DNA of 64,000 nt from Nannocystales bacterium (GCA_050633305.1 JBOEGF010000014.1:160001-224000); one strand, 5' to 3'; shown: positions 48,449 to 58,858, counted from the first letter of the stretch. The notes: generated by a model from the sequence alone, not told the origin. Numbers and translations are program-made.

Positions 48449-49912
48449 TCAGGGGCCTGAGTCCGCCTGTTCTGGGCGATCCGCCCGGTCACCCAGGCTT
48501 ACCAGCTCCCAGTAGGCCGGAAGTCGCCCGCGCTCACGCTCGAAGGCCTCGACCTCGGCCTCCAGCTTGGCCTTGCGCGCTGCGTGCTCTTCGGCCAACC
48601 AGGTCGCTCGCAACGCCACGACGGGACTCATGCCCTCGGGGACCGGGCCCACCTTGCCCATGGCGTTCAGCACGACGCTGTACGCCTTGGCCAGCCTCGC
48701 GAGGGGAAGCTTGGCGTAGCTGTAGTCCAGCGGCGCGCCGTCCTGGGCCTCTTCGAGCATCTGATCGATGACCGCGTTGTCGATGTGGTCGTCGAGGAGT
48801 GTGTCGTGACTGTGCCACTCGGCCACGACGGCAAGCGCAGGGTCGTACTCGAGGTCAGAGGGGCTGTGGGTCTCGAAGTGGGTGACCCCGAACGCAGCCA
48901 TCCAGCTTGCGAGACCCTTGGATGAGAAGGAGGACAGTGTCTTCCACAGCGTGACGCCCAACTCGGCGTAGTGGGTGGAGGCGACCTCCGAGCAGAACTG
49001 CTCTTTCGGGTCGGCAAAGTCCATCTGGAAGTCGTACGGAACGTGGCGGGCGCGGGCGTCCGCCAGCGCAGCCTGGGCTGCCCGGTGCGGCATCATCGGG
49101 TCGGCGAGTAGGACGGGGTGGTCCGGTCGCATACGAAGTACGAGGACACGCAGCTTCTTGTCCTTGAAGTACGCCTCGGGCGTGGCGATGGCGATGCCCT
49201 TCTCGATGTGGGCTTCGATCAGCTTCGCCTCCCCAGACTCGTCCACGTGAACGACGGCAACGTGACTGAAGTTCCCGGGATAGTCGTTGCCGCGGGCGAT
49301 GAAAGCTGAGGTCGGTGCGCCGCCCCGGGAGACGAGTAGATCGCCGCTGTGAATGCGGACGCCCTCGAACTCGAGCGAGGGCGTCTGGGAGGGAATGGCG
49401 TCTACACGGTTGAGCGTGGGGGCTTCAGCGGGGGGGAGTTGCAGCAGAAGGGTTTCGGCGGCGGCACGGGACCCGTACAGGACTCGGTACAGCGTCTGAC
49501 GACCGGCGTCGTCGACCGGCCAAGAGACCGACGCCGTCTTCGCGTTCCTCCACAGCGCGTTGCGGACCTTGAGGAACCTGGGACCGGCGTCCGTGCAGCG
49601 CCCCATGTCGGCGGTGAGCTCGAAGAGTCCCTGCAGCAGGGCGTCCCATCGGGGATCGGTCGGCGGTGCGGCGGTGCGACCGAGTGTTGCGGCTTTGGCC
49701 TCGAGCTTCGTGGAGCGCGTTTGCACGTCGGGTGGGCATGCTTCATTCGCGTCGAAGCGCGCGGCGAGTCGCTCGAACTGCGGGTTCGCGTTCCAGGCGA
49801 AGCTCTCGTCCGTCCGGACCGGGGGCTCCGCGTGAGGGCAGGGGGGGAGCCACAGCAGCGCCACCACCGACAGCACCCCGAGCCCAGCGCGCTGCAGTGT
49901 CCGACGCTTCAC
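48449..49912 (-). CDS. Exported permuted papain-like (YiiX/YebB, NlpC/P60) hydrolase
   Basis: SGDLLVSRG, FSHVA (His), PYDF, QFCSE (Cys after His, i.e. permuted order). Confidence 0.8.
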   Translation of the reverse strand: MKRRTLQRAGLGVLSVVALLWLPPCPHAEPPVRTDESFAWNANPQFERLAARFDANEACPPDVQTRSTKLEAKAATLGRTAAPPTDPRWDALLQGLFELTADMGRCTDAGPRFLKVRNALWRNAKTASVSWPVDDAGRQTLYRVLYGSRAAAETLLLQLPPAEAPTLNRVDAIPSQTPSLEFEGVRIHSGDLLVSRGGAPTSAFIARGNDYPGNFSHVAVVHVDESGEAKLIEAHIEKGIAIATPEAYFKDKKLRVLVLRMRPDHPVLLADPMMPHRAAQAALADARARHVPYDFQMDFADPKEQFCSEVASTHYAELGVTLWKTLSSFSSKGLASWMAAFGVTHFETHSPSDLEYDPALAVVAEWHSHDTLLDDHIDNAVIDQMLEEAQDGAPLDYSYAKLPLARLAKAYSVVLNAMGKVGPVPEGMSPVVALRATWLAEEHAARKAKLEAEVEAFERERGRLPAYWELVSLGDRADRPEQADSGP

Positions 49913-50042
49913 CGCGCCAGCCTACCAACCGGACTACGTAGGGCTACGTATCGCGAAGCCTCGGGCGCTCGATCGGCCGCGAAAAATACCGAATTGCGGC
50001 AATTGTCGCGGTTCCTGGACGCCCGCATCTTGAATACAAGCG

Positions 50043-51815
50043 ATGAAGCGCACGACTTGGATGACTTGGGTGGCCGTGCTGGCCTTGGCGGGGTGTTCGG
50101 ACGGCCCCGCCGGAGGCGACGGAAGTGGAGCGAGCGATACCGATCCGGGAGCCGACTCCACCGGCACCTCATCGGACGAGACCGACGCGGACGAGACCGG
50201 CGCGGACGACACCACGGAAGGAAGCACGGGGGAGACGGAGCCTGAAGTCGAGTATCTCGCGCCGGACGAGCACCTCGTTCGGATCTCGATGGCGCTCCGA
50301 GGGACTCGCCCGAGCGTCGCGGACCTCGATGCGGTGCGGCAAGACCCCGGGCTCATTCCGGACTTCGTCGACGAGTACATGCAGGGGGCAGGATTTCGCG
50401 AGACCGTCCGAGACCTGCACAACGACGCGTTGCTCACAAACGTGGCTGGGCAGCTCCCCGCGCTTGCACCCCTCGAGGGCATCCAGCCTTTCGCCATCTC
50501 GGATTCCGTCATGGGCACGGCGTTGCGACTGATCGAGCGCATCGTCGTCGAGGACCGTCCGTACTCGGAGATCGTCACCGCGGACACCTGGGTGGTCGAT
50601 GACATCGCCGCAGGGGTGTATGGCATTGAAGACGACGGAAGCGGTTGGCGCGAGGTCCCGATCCCTGGCGACCGACCCGCGGCTGGCATCCTCAGCGACA
50701 ACGCCTTCTTCCTCAGGCACGAGTCGGCCAACTCCAACTTTCATCGTGGTCGAGCCAACGCGGTCAGCACCGCGCTGCTGTGCTTGGACTACGAGGACAA
50801 CAACATCGAGTTGGATGAGGGCATCGACCTGACCGATGTCGATGCGGTCGCGACCGCGCTGACGACCAACCCCGCGTGTCTGGCTTGCCACGACACCCTC
50901 GACCCGCTGGCGAGTCACTTCTTCGCAATCGTCGGCAATCCGATGAACAACCAGATCATCGAGTATCCGTTGCCCGACCTGTATGTCTCCGAACGAGAAG
51001 ACGACTGGATGGGGTCCACCGGGCAAGCTCCGGGGTTCTATGGCGAGACGTCCTCGGACATCGGGTCGCTGGGCGCGTTGATCTCCACAGACCCACGCTT
51101 CACCGCCTGTACCGCCCGGCGCTTCTACGCGTACTTCCTGCGTACAGACTTGGCGGAGGTTCCGGCCGACACCGTGGACACCCTCGATGCGGTCTTCTTG
51201 GAGAGCGACCTACAGGCCAAGGCATTGATCCGGGCGATCATGCTCTCGGATGACTTCCGGGTCGCAGCTGCAAGCTCCAAGGAGTCGGCGGATCAGGTCC
51301 AGGGATACCTACGCGCGCGTCCGTTCCAACTCGCCCGAACGGTCGAGGACTTGACCGGATTTCGGTGGGAGCTCGATGTGCAGTTGCTCCAGCCGGGGAC
51401 AAGTGCCGGGGTTTTGGATCTCGTTCGCTCGTCGAGCATCGGGTTTCAGGTGTTGGGCGGGAGCGGGGACTCCTTCACCGTGCTGGGCTCGATCGACACG
51501 ACGAACGCAACGACTTCGCTGTTTCAACGCCAGCTCGCAGCGGAGGCATCCAGCTTCGTCGTGGAACAAGACGCGGTTGCAGCCCAGCCCCGGTTGTTGT
51601 CGGCAGGACTGGTCACCGACGAGCAAGCCGTACGTGCGCAGTTGGTCGCCTTGTTCAACCGAATCCATGGGGAGGCGGCCGAGGAGGACTCCGAAGACGT
51701 CGACGACGCGTGGGCCCTGTTCGACGCCGCGATGGCTGCGTCCGGCGACCCGGCCCGTGCCTGGAAAACAACCCTCACCGCGATGTTTCGCGACCTCGGC
51801 ATCCTTTTCTACTGA
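50043..51815 (+). CDS. Lipoprotein of DUF1549/DUF1585/DUF1588-like type with a CxxCH motif
   Basis: LAGC lipobox; RISMALRGTRPS; RGRAN; CLACHDTLDP. Confidence 0.7.
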   Translation: MKRTTWMTWVAVLALAGCSDGPAGGDGSGASDTDPGADSTGTSSDETDADETGADDTTEGSTGETEPEVEYLAPDEHLVRISMALRGTRPSVADLDAVRQDPGLIPDFVDEYMQGAGFRETVRDLHNDALLTNVAGQLPALAPLEGIQPFAISDSVMGTALRLIERIVVEDRPYSEIVTADTWVVDDIAAGVYGIEDDGSGWREVPIPGDRPAAGILSDNAFFLRHESANSNFHRGRANAVSTALLCLDYEDNNIELDEGIDLTDVDAVATALTTNPACLACHDTLDPLASHFFAIVGNPMNNQIIEYPLPDLYVSEREDDWMGSTGQAPGFYGETSSDIGSLGALISTDPRFTACTARRFYAYFLRTDLAEVPADTVDTLDAVFLESDLQAKALIRAIMLSDDFRVAAASSKESADQVQGYLRARPFQLARTVEDLTGFRWELDVQLLQPGTSAGVLDLVRSSSIGFQVLGGSGDSFTVLGSIDTTNATTSLFQRQLAAEASSFVVEQDAVAAQPRLLSAGLVTDEQAVRAQLVALFNRIHGEAAEEDSEDVDDAWALFDAAMAASGDPARAWKTTLTAMFRDLGILFY

Positions 51816-51826
51816 TCGGAGCGGAC

Positions 51827-53077
51827 ATGATCTCTCGACGACAATTCATCGGCTCGAGTGCGGCCCTCGCCGCAGCAACCCTTGGCAGCGTGGGGACGAC
51901 CCGCGCCAACGTGGCCGACAAGCCGCGTAAGCTCATCACGGTCTTCGTCGACGGAGGCTGGGACATCGCCCACTCCATCGACCCCAAGCCCAACCTCGTC
52001 GCAACCCCCGACTACGACGAGGTCACCATGTTCGAGGACATCCCGGTCCTCACCCACAGTTCGCGACCGAGCATCACCGGGTTCTTCGAGCAGTACGCAC
52101 CGATCAGCGCGGTTGCGCATGGCATCAACGTGCGCTCGATCTCCCACAAGGTCTGCGAACGCAAGATGTTCACTGGGCTGCCTTCGGGAGCAGGTCCCGA
52201 CGCAGGGGCGATCGTTGCCAATGAGCACGCGCGGGACTACCCGATGCCCTACTTCGTCGTGGGCGCGACGGCATATTCGGGCCCGCTCAGCGTCATCTCG
52301 GGTCGTGTCGGACGGCAAGGACAGATCAACGCGTTGCTCGATCCCGACGACGCGTTCCCGCGGTTCGAGCAGTCCCCATACTTCCATGAGGGCTACGAGG
52401 CGGATGCGGACGAAGAGGCCGCCATTGAGGCGTTTCTCGACGCCCGGTTGGCGCGGGAGCGAGCAGTGCGGGGGCAATGGGGGTCGAACCGCAGCCGGAT
52501 CGATGACTTCATCGAATCGATGGAGAAAGGGAAGGTGCTTCGGGACAACGCGCAGTACTTTGGTGAGACGGGCGCTCAGCTTGATCTGTCGGACCAAGTG
52601 GAGCTGGCGTTGACCGCTCTCGAGCGGGACCTCGCGTGGTCGGTGGGGGTCACCGCCAGCCTTGGGTTCGACACCCACGAAGGCAACGCGCAGCAAGGGC
52701 AGCTCCAAGACGCCCTGTTCGGCGGGCTGTCCAATCTGGCGCAGGCCCTGATCGATCGTGACCTGCTCGACGAAACCGTCGTCGTCGTGTTCTCGGAGAT
52801 GTCCCGTACTCCGGCGCTGAACGGCAACGCGGGAAAGGACCACCACCCGGTGACCAGCGCGCTAGCGTTTGGCGGCGGTGTGGCCGGCGGCGCGGCGTAT
52901 GGGGGAAATGGGGACAACGTTGAGGCGCTGCCTGTCGACCTGGAGACGGGGTCGACCGACTTGGGGGACTTGAAGTCGTTGGACTCCGCGTCCTGGGTGG
53001 CAGGCGTCGCGGCGCTCGCAGGCGCGGATGCTTCGCCCTATCTCGGAGCCGACCCGTTTACGGCGTTCATCGGCTGA
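51827..53077 (+). CDS. DUF1501 Tat-exported protein
   Basis: SRRQFI twin-arginine signal; GGWD, FDTH, SEMSRTP, GKDH. Confidence 0.88.
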   Translation: MISRRQFIGSSAALAAATLGSVGTTRANVADKPRKLITVFVDGGWDIAHSIDPKPNLVATPDYDEVTMFEDIPVLTHSSRPSITGFFEQYAPISAVAHGINVRSISHKVCERKMFTGLPSGAGPDAGAIVANEHARDYPMPYFVVGATAYSGPLSVISGRVGRQGQINALLDPDDAFPRFEQSPYFHEGYEADADEEAAIEAFLDARLARERAVRGQWGSNRSRIDDFIESMEKGKVLRDNAQYFGETGAQLDLSDQVELALTALERDLAWSVGVTASLGFDTHEGNAQQGQLQDALFGGLSNLAQALIDRDLLDETVVVVFSEMSRTPALNGNAGKDHHPVTSALAFGGGVAGGAAYGGNGDNVEALPVDLETGSTDLGDLKSLDSASWVAGVAALAGADASPYLGADPFTAFIG

Positions 53078-53100
53078 ACCGCGACTGCTACCCTCTCTGG

Positions 53101-54519
53101 GTGAGGCTCACGCTTCTGCTCGCCTTGGGCGTGCTCCATGGGTGTATCGACGTGGGCGGATTTGCCTGCGAGCCTGGCTCGTGCGACTTGGATGCTCGCG
53201 AGGGGGTCTGCGAACCCGAGGGCTGGTGCAGCTACCCCGACGACGAATGCGACTCACGTCGTCGATTCGAGTCCCGTGCTCCCGGTTCACTGGGCGGCGC
53301 TTGTGTGGAGCCCTCGGGCACGAGTCGCGCAGGCACGACCGGCCTTTTGACCTCGTCCGGCGAGGCGACCGAGCCACCAAGCACCACCGACTCAGCGACC
53401 ACGGCGGGAAGCACCGAGGGGGCCACGACGGGGCCGCCCGCATGCGATGGCCATGGCTGCGGTTGGACGCGCGTGGAGTCGGGTGCGCTTCACACTTGCG
53501 CGGTCGATGGCAATGGGGCCGTGTGGTGTTGGGGTCTGGGTCCCAACGGCGAACTCGGGACCGGCGACAATCCCGAGTTTCGCAACTGTCCGCAGGCGCC
53601 CGCAGGCGCGCTCGCCGAGCAGGAGATGCTCGCGGTTGGCGGGCACACGTGTGCGGCAACGCCTGATGCTCTGCACTGCTGGGGTCCCAACGGCATGCGA
53701 CAGGTGGACTGGTCACAGTCCCAGCCGCGGTTTCTCGAGCCGCATCTTGTCCCGCTGGAATCCCGCGAGCCCATCCGGGCGGTCGGGACTGGCGACGACC
53801 TGACCTGCGTAGGGATGTCGGATCGCGTGGTGTGTTGGGGACAGGGAGCCGCCACACCCGACGTGACGGTGACCCCAGCGGTGGTCAATGTGGTCGGTGT
53901 CGGGGACGAGCATATGTGCGGGATGCTCGATGACGACTCGCTGTGGTGTCTGGGGTCGGACGCGCGAGGGCAGCTCGGCGGTGGTCCCGGCGACCAGTCT
54001 TCCATGCCGATCCAGCCGGATCTGGCCGGCGATGCCGCGATGCAGCTCTCGGTGGGAGCCCAGCATTCTTGCGCGATCACCGAGGGCGATGGGCCCGACG
54101 CGCGCAAGGTGAAGTGTTGGGGCGACAATCGCTCCAACCAGGCGGGTGGAATCGACAACGAAGTCGAACTTCCTCGCGATGTCTCCGGCGACCTCGTCCC
54201 AGGCGAGTGGGTCGATGTGGCCGCCGGGGTACTGCACAGCTGCGCGATCAATGCCGACGGCGAGGTCTGGTGCTGGGGCGGCAATGCGTACGGCCAGGTT
54301 GATCCGCACGCCGATGACCTCAGCTTGTTGCGGACGGCCTCGAGGATCGAGCTCGACCCGGTCGTGGATGCCGTCGATATCGCGGTGGCGACCACGATCA
54401 CATGCGCGCTCGACCGAGACGCGTTGTGGTGGTGTTGGGGCTGCTTGGAGCCCGGTCAACTCGTCAGTAGTGGAACCTGCACCGTCTCGCCGCCGACACT
54501 CTTCGAGCCGTGTGGGTAG
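53101..54519 (+). CDS. RCC1-repeat lipoprotein
   Basis: LHGC lipobox; repeated G..HTCA..VWCWG.N..GQ units. Confidence 0.88.
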   Translation: MRLTLLLALGVLHGCIDVGGFACEPGSCDLDAREGVCEPEGWCSYPDDECDSRRRFESRAPGSLGGACVEPSGTSRAGTTGLLTSSGEATEPPSTTDSATTAGSTEGATTGPPACDGHGCGWTRVESGALHTCAVDGNGAVWCWGLGPNGELGTGDNPEFRNCPQAPAGALAEQEMLAVGGHTCAATPDALHCWGPNGMRQVDWSQSQPRFLEPHLVPLESREPIRAVGTGDDLTCVGMSDRVVCWGQGAATPDVTVTPAVVNVVGVGDEHMCGMLDDDSLWCLGSDARGQLGGGPGDQSSMPIQPDLAGDAAMQLSVGAQHSCAITEGDGPDARKVKCWGDNRSNQAGGIDNEVELPRDVSGDLVPGEWVDVAAGVLHSCAINADGEVWCWGGNAYGQVDPHADDLSLLRTASRIELDPVVDAVDIAVATTITCALDRDALWWCWGCLEPGQLVSSGTCTVSPPTLFEPCG

Positions 54520-54534
54520 CGTCGTGGTCGCTTG

Positions 54535-55122
54535 TTACGCAAGCCCACGCTGGACGACATAGCGAGCGAGTGCGGCGCGTCCGGGGAGTCCGAGTCGCTC
54601 GTAGATGTTCGACAGGTGCGTTGTCACGGTCCTGGGGCTGATGCCAAGTTCGGTGGCGACCTCTTGGCTTGTCAGTCCGAGCGCCACATGGCGGGCGACC
54701 TCGATCTCGCGCTTGCTCAGCGGGACTTCGTCCCGGTTCGGTTTGAGGTCGTCTCGCGTTTGGTAGACGAATCGCAGCGTGGCATCCGGGCCGACCTGCA
54801 CGCGGTCTCCCTCTCGAAGGATCACCATGTCGACCCGGGTTCCGTTGACGAACGTTCCGTTGGTCGAGTCCAGGTCGATCAGGTTGGCGATGTCGTCTTC
54901 GGAGATGGCGATCTTTGCGTGCCGCCGCGAGATCCCATCGTCCGTGAGGGTGAGGTCGGCCGACTCACTGCGTCCGATCGTGGTGCTTCCGGTCGTGAGT
55001 GGGAGCAAGGTTCCTGCGCTCCCCCCTGCGAGAACCTCGAGGCATGCGATCTCGCCAGGCGCACGGCCGCGGGCAACCCGGACCGGTCGGACCTCAGTGG
55101 GCTTGTCATCTTCGGAAGCCAT
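54535..55122 (-). CDS. FHA domain plus LuxR-type HTH regulator
   Basis: IGR, ISRRHA, STNGT; LSKREIEVARHVALGLTSQEVATELGISPRTVTTH. Confidence 0.9.
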   Translation of the reverse strand: MASEDDKPTEVRPVRVARGRAPGEIACLEVLAGGSAGTLLPLTTGSTTIGRSESADLTLTDDGISRRHAKIAISEDDIANLIDLDSTNGTFVNGTRVDMVILREGDRVQVGPDATLRFVYQTRDDLKPNRDEVPLSKREIEVARHVALGLTSQEVATELGISPRTVTTHLSNIYERLGLPGRAALARYVVQRGLA

Positions 55123-55140
55123 GGGCGGCGGGTACGGAGA

Positions 55141-55860
55141 TCATAGCCCGGCGCGAAGCCGGTCGGGCTGAGAGCGCCGACGCTGGACCAGAACCGTTCG
55201 AATGATCGCGCCTGTGAGGAGGGCACCGCTCACGCCCAGCACGGCGAATCCCACCTTCTGCTGTGTGCCGGCCGCGGAGCGCTCCTCCACCCATTGTTCG
55301 TGGGAGTTTGTGGGGGCCCCTGTGGCCCGGGCGGACGCTGTCCCGAGGAGGACGGCGCTCGCGATGAGTGCCGCACCGCCCGATGTCCACAGAGCCACCG
55401 TCGCACCATCGACGCGCCGCTGGGGTGCCGGGGTCTCAGTGGGCGTCACCGGGCGCGTGAGCAGAGGTGGAGGCGGTGTCGGCTGGGGTTCGGGCTGCGG
55501 CTGGGGTTCAGGCTCGGGGGGCGGCGCTGCACGTTCGCGACAGCCCCGCGCTTGGACCTCAGCGTTGCCGATCATCAGGGTGACGGTGGCCTGGGTCTCC
55601 TCGTCCAGACTCGGGAGCAGGGTGTCGGCCTCGGTGATGAACTCCTCGTATGCGTCCGCAGCTTCGCGGTCTCGACCGGCGAGGCGCAGGGCTTGGGCTT
55701 GCCCGTACTTGTGCGCCGGATCCCGAGTCTGCTCATAGAGCGCACCGAAGCCGTCTGCAGCCTCCTCGTAGTCACCCCTGGCGTATGCGGATTCAGCCGC
55801 CGCCGCAGGGTCTGGTGCGGGCGCAACGGCGAGCAGGAGCGTCAGGAGAAGGCCGCTCAC
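55141..55860 (-). CDS. Exported TPR protein with C-terminal hydrophobic segments
   Basis: Signal-like N-terminus; AYARGDYEEAADGF TPR-like helix; Pro-rich linker. Confidence 0.75.
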   Translation of the reverse strand: MSGLLLTLLLAVAPAPDPAAAAESAYARGDYEEAADGFGALYEQTRDPAHKYGQAQALRLAGRDREAADAYEEFITEADTLLPSLDEETQATVTLMIGNAEVQARGCRERAAPPPEPEPQPQPEPQPTPPPPLLTRPVTPTETPAPQRRVDGATVALWTSGGAALIASAVLLGTASARATGAPTNSHEQWVEERSAAGTQQKVGFAVLGVSGALLTGAIIRTVLVQRRRSQPDRLRAGL

Positions 55861-57290
55861 TTCAAGACCGTCCGAACGGGTCCGAGGCCGTCAGGGTCGA
55901 ACGCGGGTGAGGGCTCCGGCTTCTTCCGATCGGGTGCGGTCTTGGCCTTGGCTTTTTTTCGCGTGCGCAGCTTCGGTGTTTTGGGTGCGGGTTTCGGAGG
56001 GGGGTCCGGAATCTCTGCGCTCGTTCCCGGATCGGTGAGGGGCTGTTGTTCTGGCGCGGGGTCGGGGGCCCGGGGAATCGTCGTTTCCACGGTGGCCGGG
56101 GCCGGCTCGGTGACGGTGGGCGCTTGCGCGGGCGCCTGGCCCGCGGCCTTGGGGGCAGGTTCGACCGACGGGCGGGCCCACAAGGCCACCAGACCAACGC
56201 ACGCGAGGGCCCCGCCAAGAAGCACCCAGGAGAGCCGACGACCGGAAGGCCGCGGGGCACTGCGGGGTGGGTCGGCAGGCGCAACGCGGGTGGGGTCCGT
56301 GCCGGGTTGAGTCGACGGTACGGCGAATTCCGACTCCGAAGGCTCCCATGGGTACGGGCGGCTGCCGAAACACCCGCGCATGAACTCGGTGAGGTCGTCC
56401 GCGGTCGAGCGACGACCGGTTGTCTCGGTGGTTTGTTCCAGCGCGAGTGCCATCGCTCGCGCATCCTCGAAGCGGTCGTCTGGGTTCCGGGCAAGCGCCT
56501 TGTGAATGACGTCGGCGACGGACAGCGGAACCTTGCCGTTCGCCTCGGACAACGGCGGAGCATCATGGTTGACGATCCGGTTCATGGCTGCGAACTCGTT
56601 GTCGCCGCCACCGAACAGGCGCATGCCGGCCAGGAGTTCCCAAAGCACGACGCCGAGGGAGAACACATCACTACGTCCATCCATCGGTGAGCCCTTGCAC
56701 TGCTCGGGCGACATGTAGCCGATCTTCCCCTTGCGAATACTCGGGCGGGTCCCGTCGGCACGGGTCGCCTTGGCGATCCCGAAGTCCACCAGCTTGACGC
56801 CGCCGTCGTACGTCACGAGCACGTTGGACGGACTGACATCGCGATGCACAATCTTGAGCGCGCGGCCTTCAAAGTCTCGCCGGGTGTGCGCGTGGTGCAG
56901 GCCGGCCGCTGCCGCGGAGCCGATCGACAATACGTGCTCGACGGGAAGCGGACCACCGACCGCCGAGCGGAGCGCAACCAAGTCTTCGCCGTGGATGTAG
57001 TCCATGACGAAGAAGGGGCCGCGTGCGTCGTGTCCGAGGTCGTGAACACGGACCACGTTGGGGTGGTCGAGCACGGCTGCCAGCCGTGCCTCATCCAAGA
57101 ACATTGTGATGAATTCCGGATCGTCGGCCCACTTGGGAGCGATGCGTTTCACCGCGACGTATTTCTCAAAGCCGTGAGCACCGACCGTGCGGCCGAGTTC
57201 GAGAATCGCCATCCCGCCCTCTGCGAGTTCGGCCACGCGCTCGTACCGCGCGGCATCTCGCTCGGGGTCCGCGTGGCGCTCGGAACTCAC
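55857..57290 (-). CDS. Membrane Ser/Thr protein kinase
   Basis: LAEGGMA, VAVK, HRDVSPSN, DFG, GKIGYMSPE; TM segment. Confidence 0.93.
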   Translation of the reverse strand: MSSERHADPERDAARYERVAELAEGGMAILELGRTVGAHGFEKYVAVKRIAPKWADDPEFITMFLDEARLAAVLDHPNVVRVHDLGHDARGPFFVMDYIHGEDLVALRSAVGGPLPVEHVLSIGSAAAAGLHHAHTRRDFEGRALKIVHRDVSPSNVLVTYDGGVKLVDFGIAKATRADGTRPSIRKGKIGYMSPEQCKGSPMDGRSDVFSLGVVLWELLAGMRLFGGGDNEFAAMNRIVNHDAPPLSEANGKVPLSVADVIHKALARNPDDRFEDARAMALALEQTTETTGRRSTADDLTEFMRGCFGSRPYPWEPSESEFAVPSTQPGTDPTRVAPADPPRSAPRPSGRRLSWVLLGGALACVGLVALWARPSVEPAPKAAGQAPAQAPTVTEPAPATVETTIPRAPDPAPEQQPLTDPGTSAEIPDPPPKPAPKTPKLRTRKKAKAKTAPDRKKPEPSPAFDPDGLGPVRTVLK

Positions 57291-57390
57291 GAACCCCGAG
57301 TATCGCCCGAACCTGTCACCGAAGAACAGACAGTCGCCATCTGACGTCCTGAGGCCGTTGGTGCTACCGTACGGGCCTTAGCTTGTTGTC

Positions 57391-57900
57391 ATGTCGTGGG
57401 TCCCCTGGCTGGTGGGATGGCTGTGGTTTGCACCGTCTCCGCCCGTGTGTCGTGTGCGCGTTGTGGGCATGCCGCTGCCGCAACTGCGCCACCACGAACT
57501 GAGGACGGCTGGCCGAGTGCTCCCCGCGACCGGTTTGGTGGAGCTCCCTGAGGATGCTCGCGAGGTGGTCCTCACCGGGCCGCGATACTCGGGTTCGGTG
57601 ACGCCCCCCGCTCAGTGCAAAGCGACGGTCGTTCTCAATGCAACGCCCCGGCCGGCAACGGTTGAGTTTCGAGATTTGCCACCGGAGGCTGTGGTGTCTT
57701 GTGTCGACTGCCCGGGGATCGACCCGGACGCGAACTACCTGCCCGCGCACCTGCCTTCGATGGTCATGGACCGACTACGAACATCGGTATCTCTGTGGGT
57801 CCGAGCGCCAGGATTTCACTCGGTGGAGTCGACTGTCGTTCTGTACCCAGGGAAGAACATCGTCCGGATTTCGATGCAGCGACGTTCGGCTCTGCACTGA
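57391..57900 (+). CDS. Hypothetical exported beta-rich protein
   Basis: Hydrophobic N-terminus; VRAPGF and LYPGKN, reminiscent of PEGA-like domains. Confidence 0.5.
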   Translation: MSWVPWLVGWLWFAPSPPVCRVRVVGMPLPQLRHHELRTAGRVLPATGLVELPEDAREVVLTGPRYSGSVTPPAQCKATVVLNATPRPATVEFRDLPPEAVVSCVDCPGIDPDANYLPAHLPSMVMDRLRTSVSLWVRAPGFHSVESTVVLYPGKNIVRISMQRRSALH

Positions 57901-58014
57901 ATCATTTGCGCCGAAAGAGGACGACGCGGCCAACGCCGCGATGGCAAACTTTGAGTCGCCGGATGGAACGAGACGCTTCGTCTTCCGTCCCACCTACAGG
58001 ACGAGGGGCAACAC

Positions 58015-58182
58015 ATGAGGACGCCGAACCAACACGCTTCCGGACTCCGCGAAACCGAACCGCAAGAGCGAGAGCCGAAGGACGGCGTAGGCTCGACGTC
58101 GAGCGACACGCTGACGCGCAACGCCAAGCCGCGCGAACAGGGAGACGACTTCTCCGTGCTCCTGCATCTCGGTCTCGTCTAG
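58015..58182 (+). CDS. Putative 55-aa small protein, below the ORF-track cutoff
   Basis: ATG preceded by GAGGGG; fills an intergenic gap; ends DDFSVLLHLGLV. Confidence 0.4.
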   Translation: MRTPNQHASGLRETEPQEREPKDGVGSTSSDTLTRNAKPREQGDDFSVLLHLGLV

Positions 58183-58225
58183 CGGTGTCGTGTCCTGCGA
58201 CACTTCCGTCGCTTCGCTCCTCGTA

Positions 58226-58816
58226 TTAGAGCGGACCGACGGCGAGATCGATGCTCGAGGCAGGGATCGAAATCTCGACCATCGGAAGTGACGGGAAGTA
58301 GGCTCCCGCATTGTCGTCGAAGAAGTTGTCTCCATCGACATCACACTGCGACGTCACGTAGCCAGGGTCGTCAGGCACGACAACGTCACCGATCTCATCG
58401 TTCATGATCGTGAACGATTGCGGGAAAGCATCGATGAGGAACGGGCGACTGAACGTGGTCGCGCTCTCGATGCCATTGGAGGGATTGATCTCGCCGGGAC
58501 GGTGGAACGTCACAGTGCAGGTGATCGGTAGCGCATATCCGCCGCCGCCGTCTTCGAACCTCCCCGTGAGCACCGCGTAGATCCCCACGCCCGTGCTGGC
58601 GTCGCCGGTTCCGCCGGAGGTCGGTCCCATGGACAGCCCCGTGCCAACGCTGTCGCTGCCGCCGGGATCGGTGTCGGTCCCTCCTGTGAGCACCGGAGAG
58701 GAGCCGCCTGCTGGTCCGCCACCGCTACCCACCGGCGGCGCGTTGCGCTGTTCCTCGTCACTGTTTCCGCAAGCGGTGAGGGCGCAGAAGGCCAAGCCGA
58801 AGACGTAGGCACGCAT
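58226..58816 (-). CDS. Hypothetical lipoprotein
   Basis: LTAC lipobox; Gly/Ser/Thr linker; DVDGD Ca-loop-like motif. Confidence 0.7.
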   Translation of the reverse strand: MRAYVFGLAFCALTACGNSDEEQRNAPPVGSGGGPAGGSSPVLTGGTDTDPGGSDSVGTGLSMGPTSGGTGDASTGVGIYAVLTGRFEDGGGGYALPITCTVTFHRPGEINPSNGIESATTFSRPFLIDAFPQSFTIMNDEIGDVVVPDDPGYVTSQCDVDGDNFFDDNAGAYFPSLPMVEISIPASSIDLAVGPL

Positions 58817-58858
58817 CGTGCCTTGATTGAAGCACGATTCAGGGCTCGCTGGCGCGTT

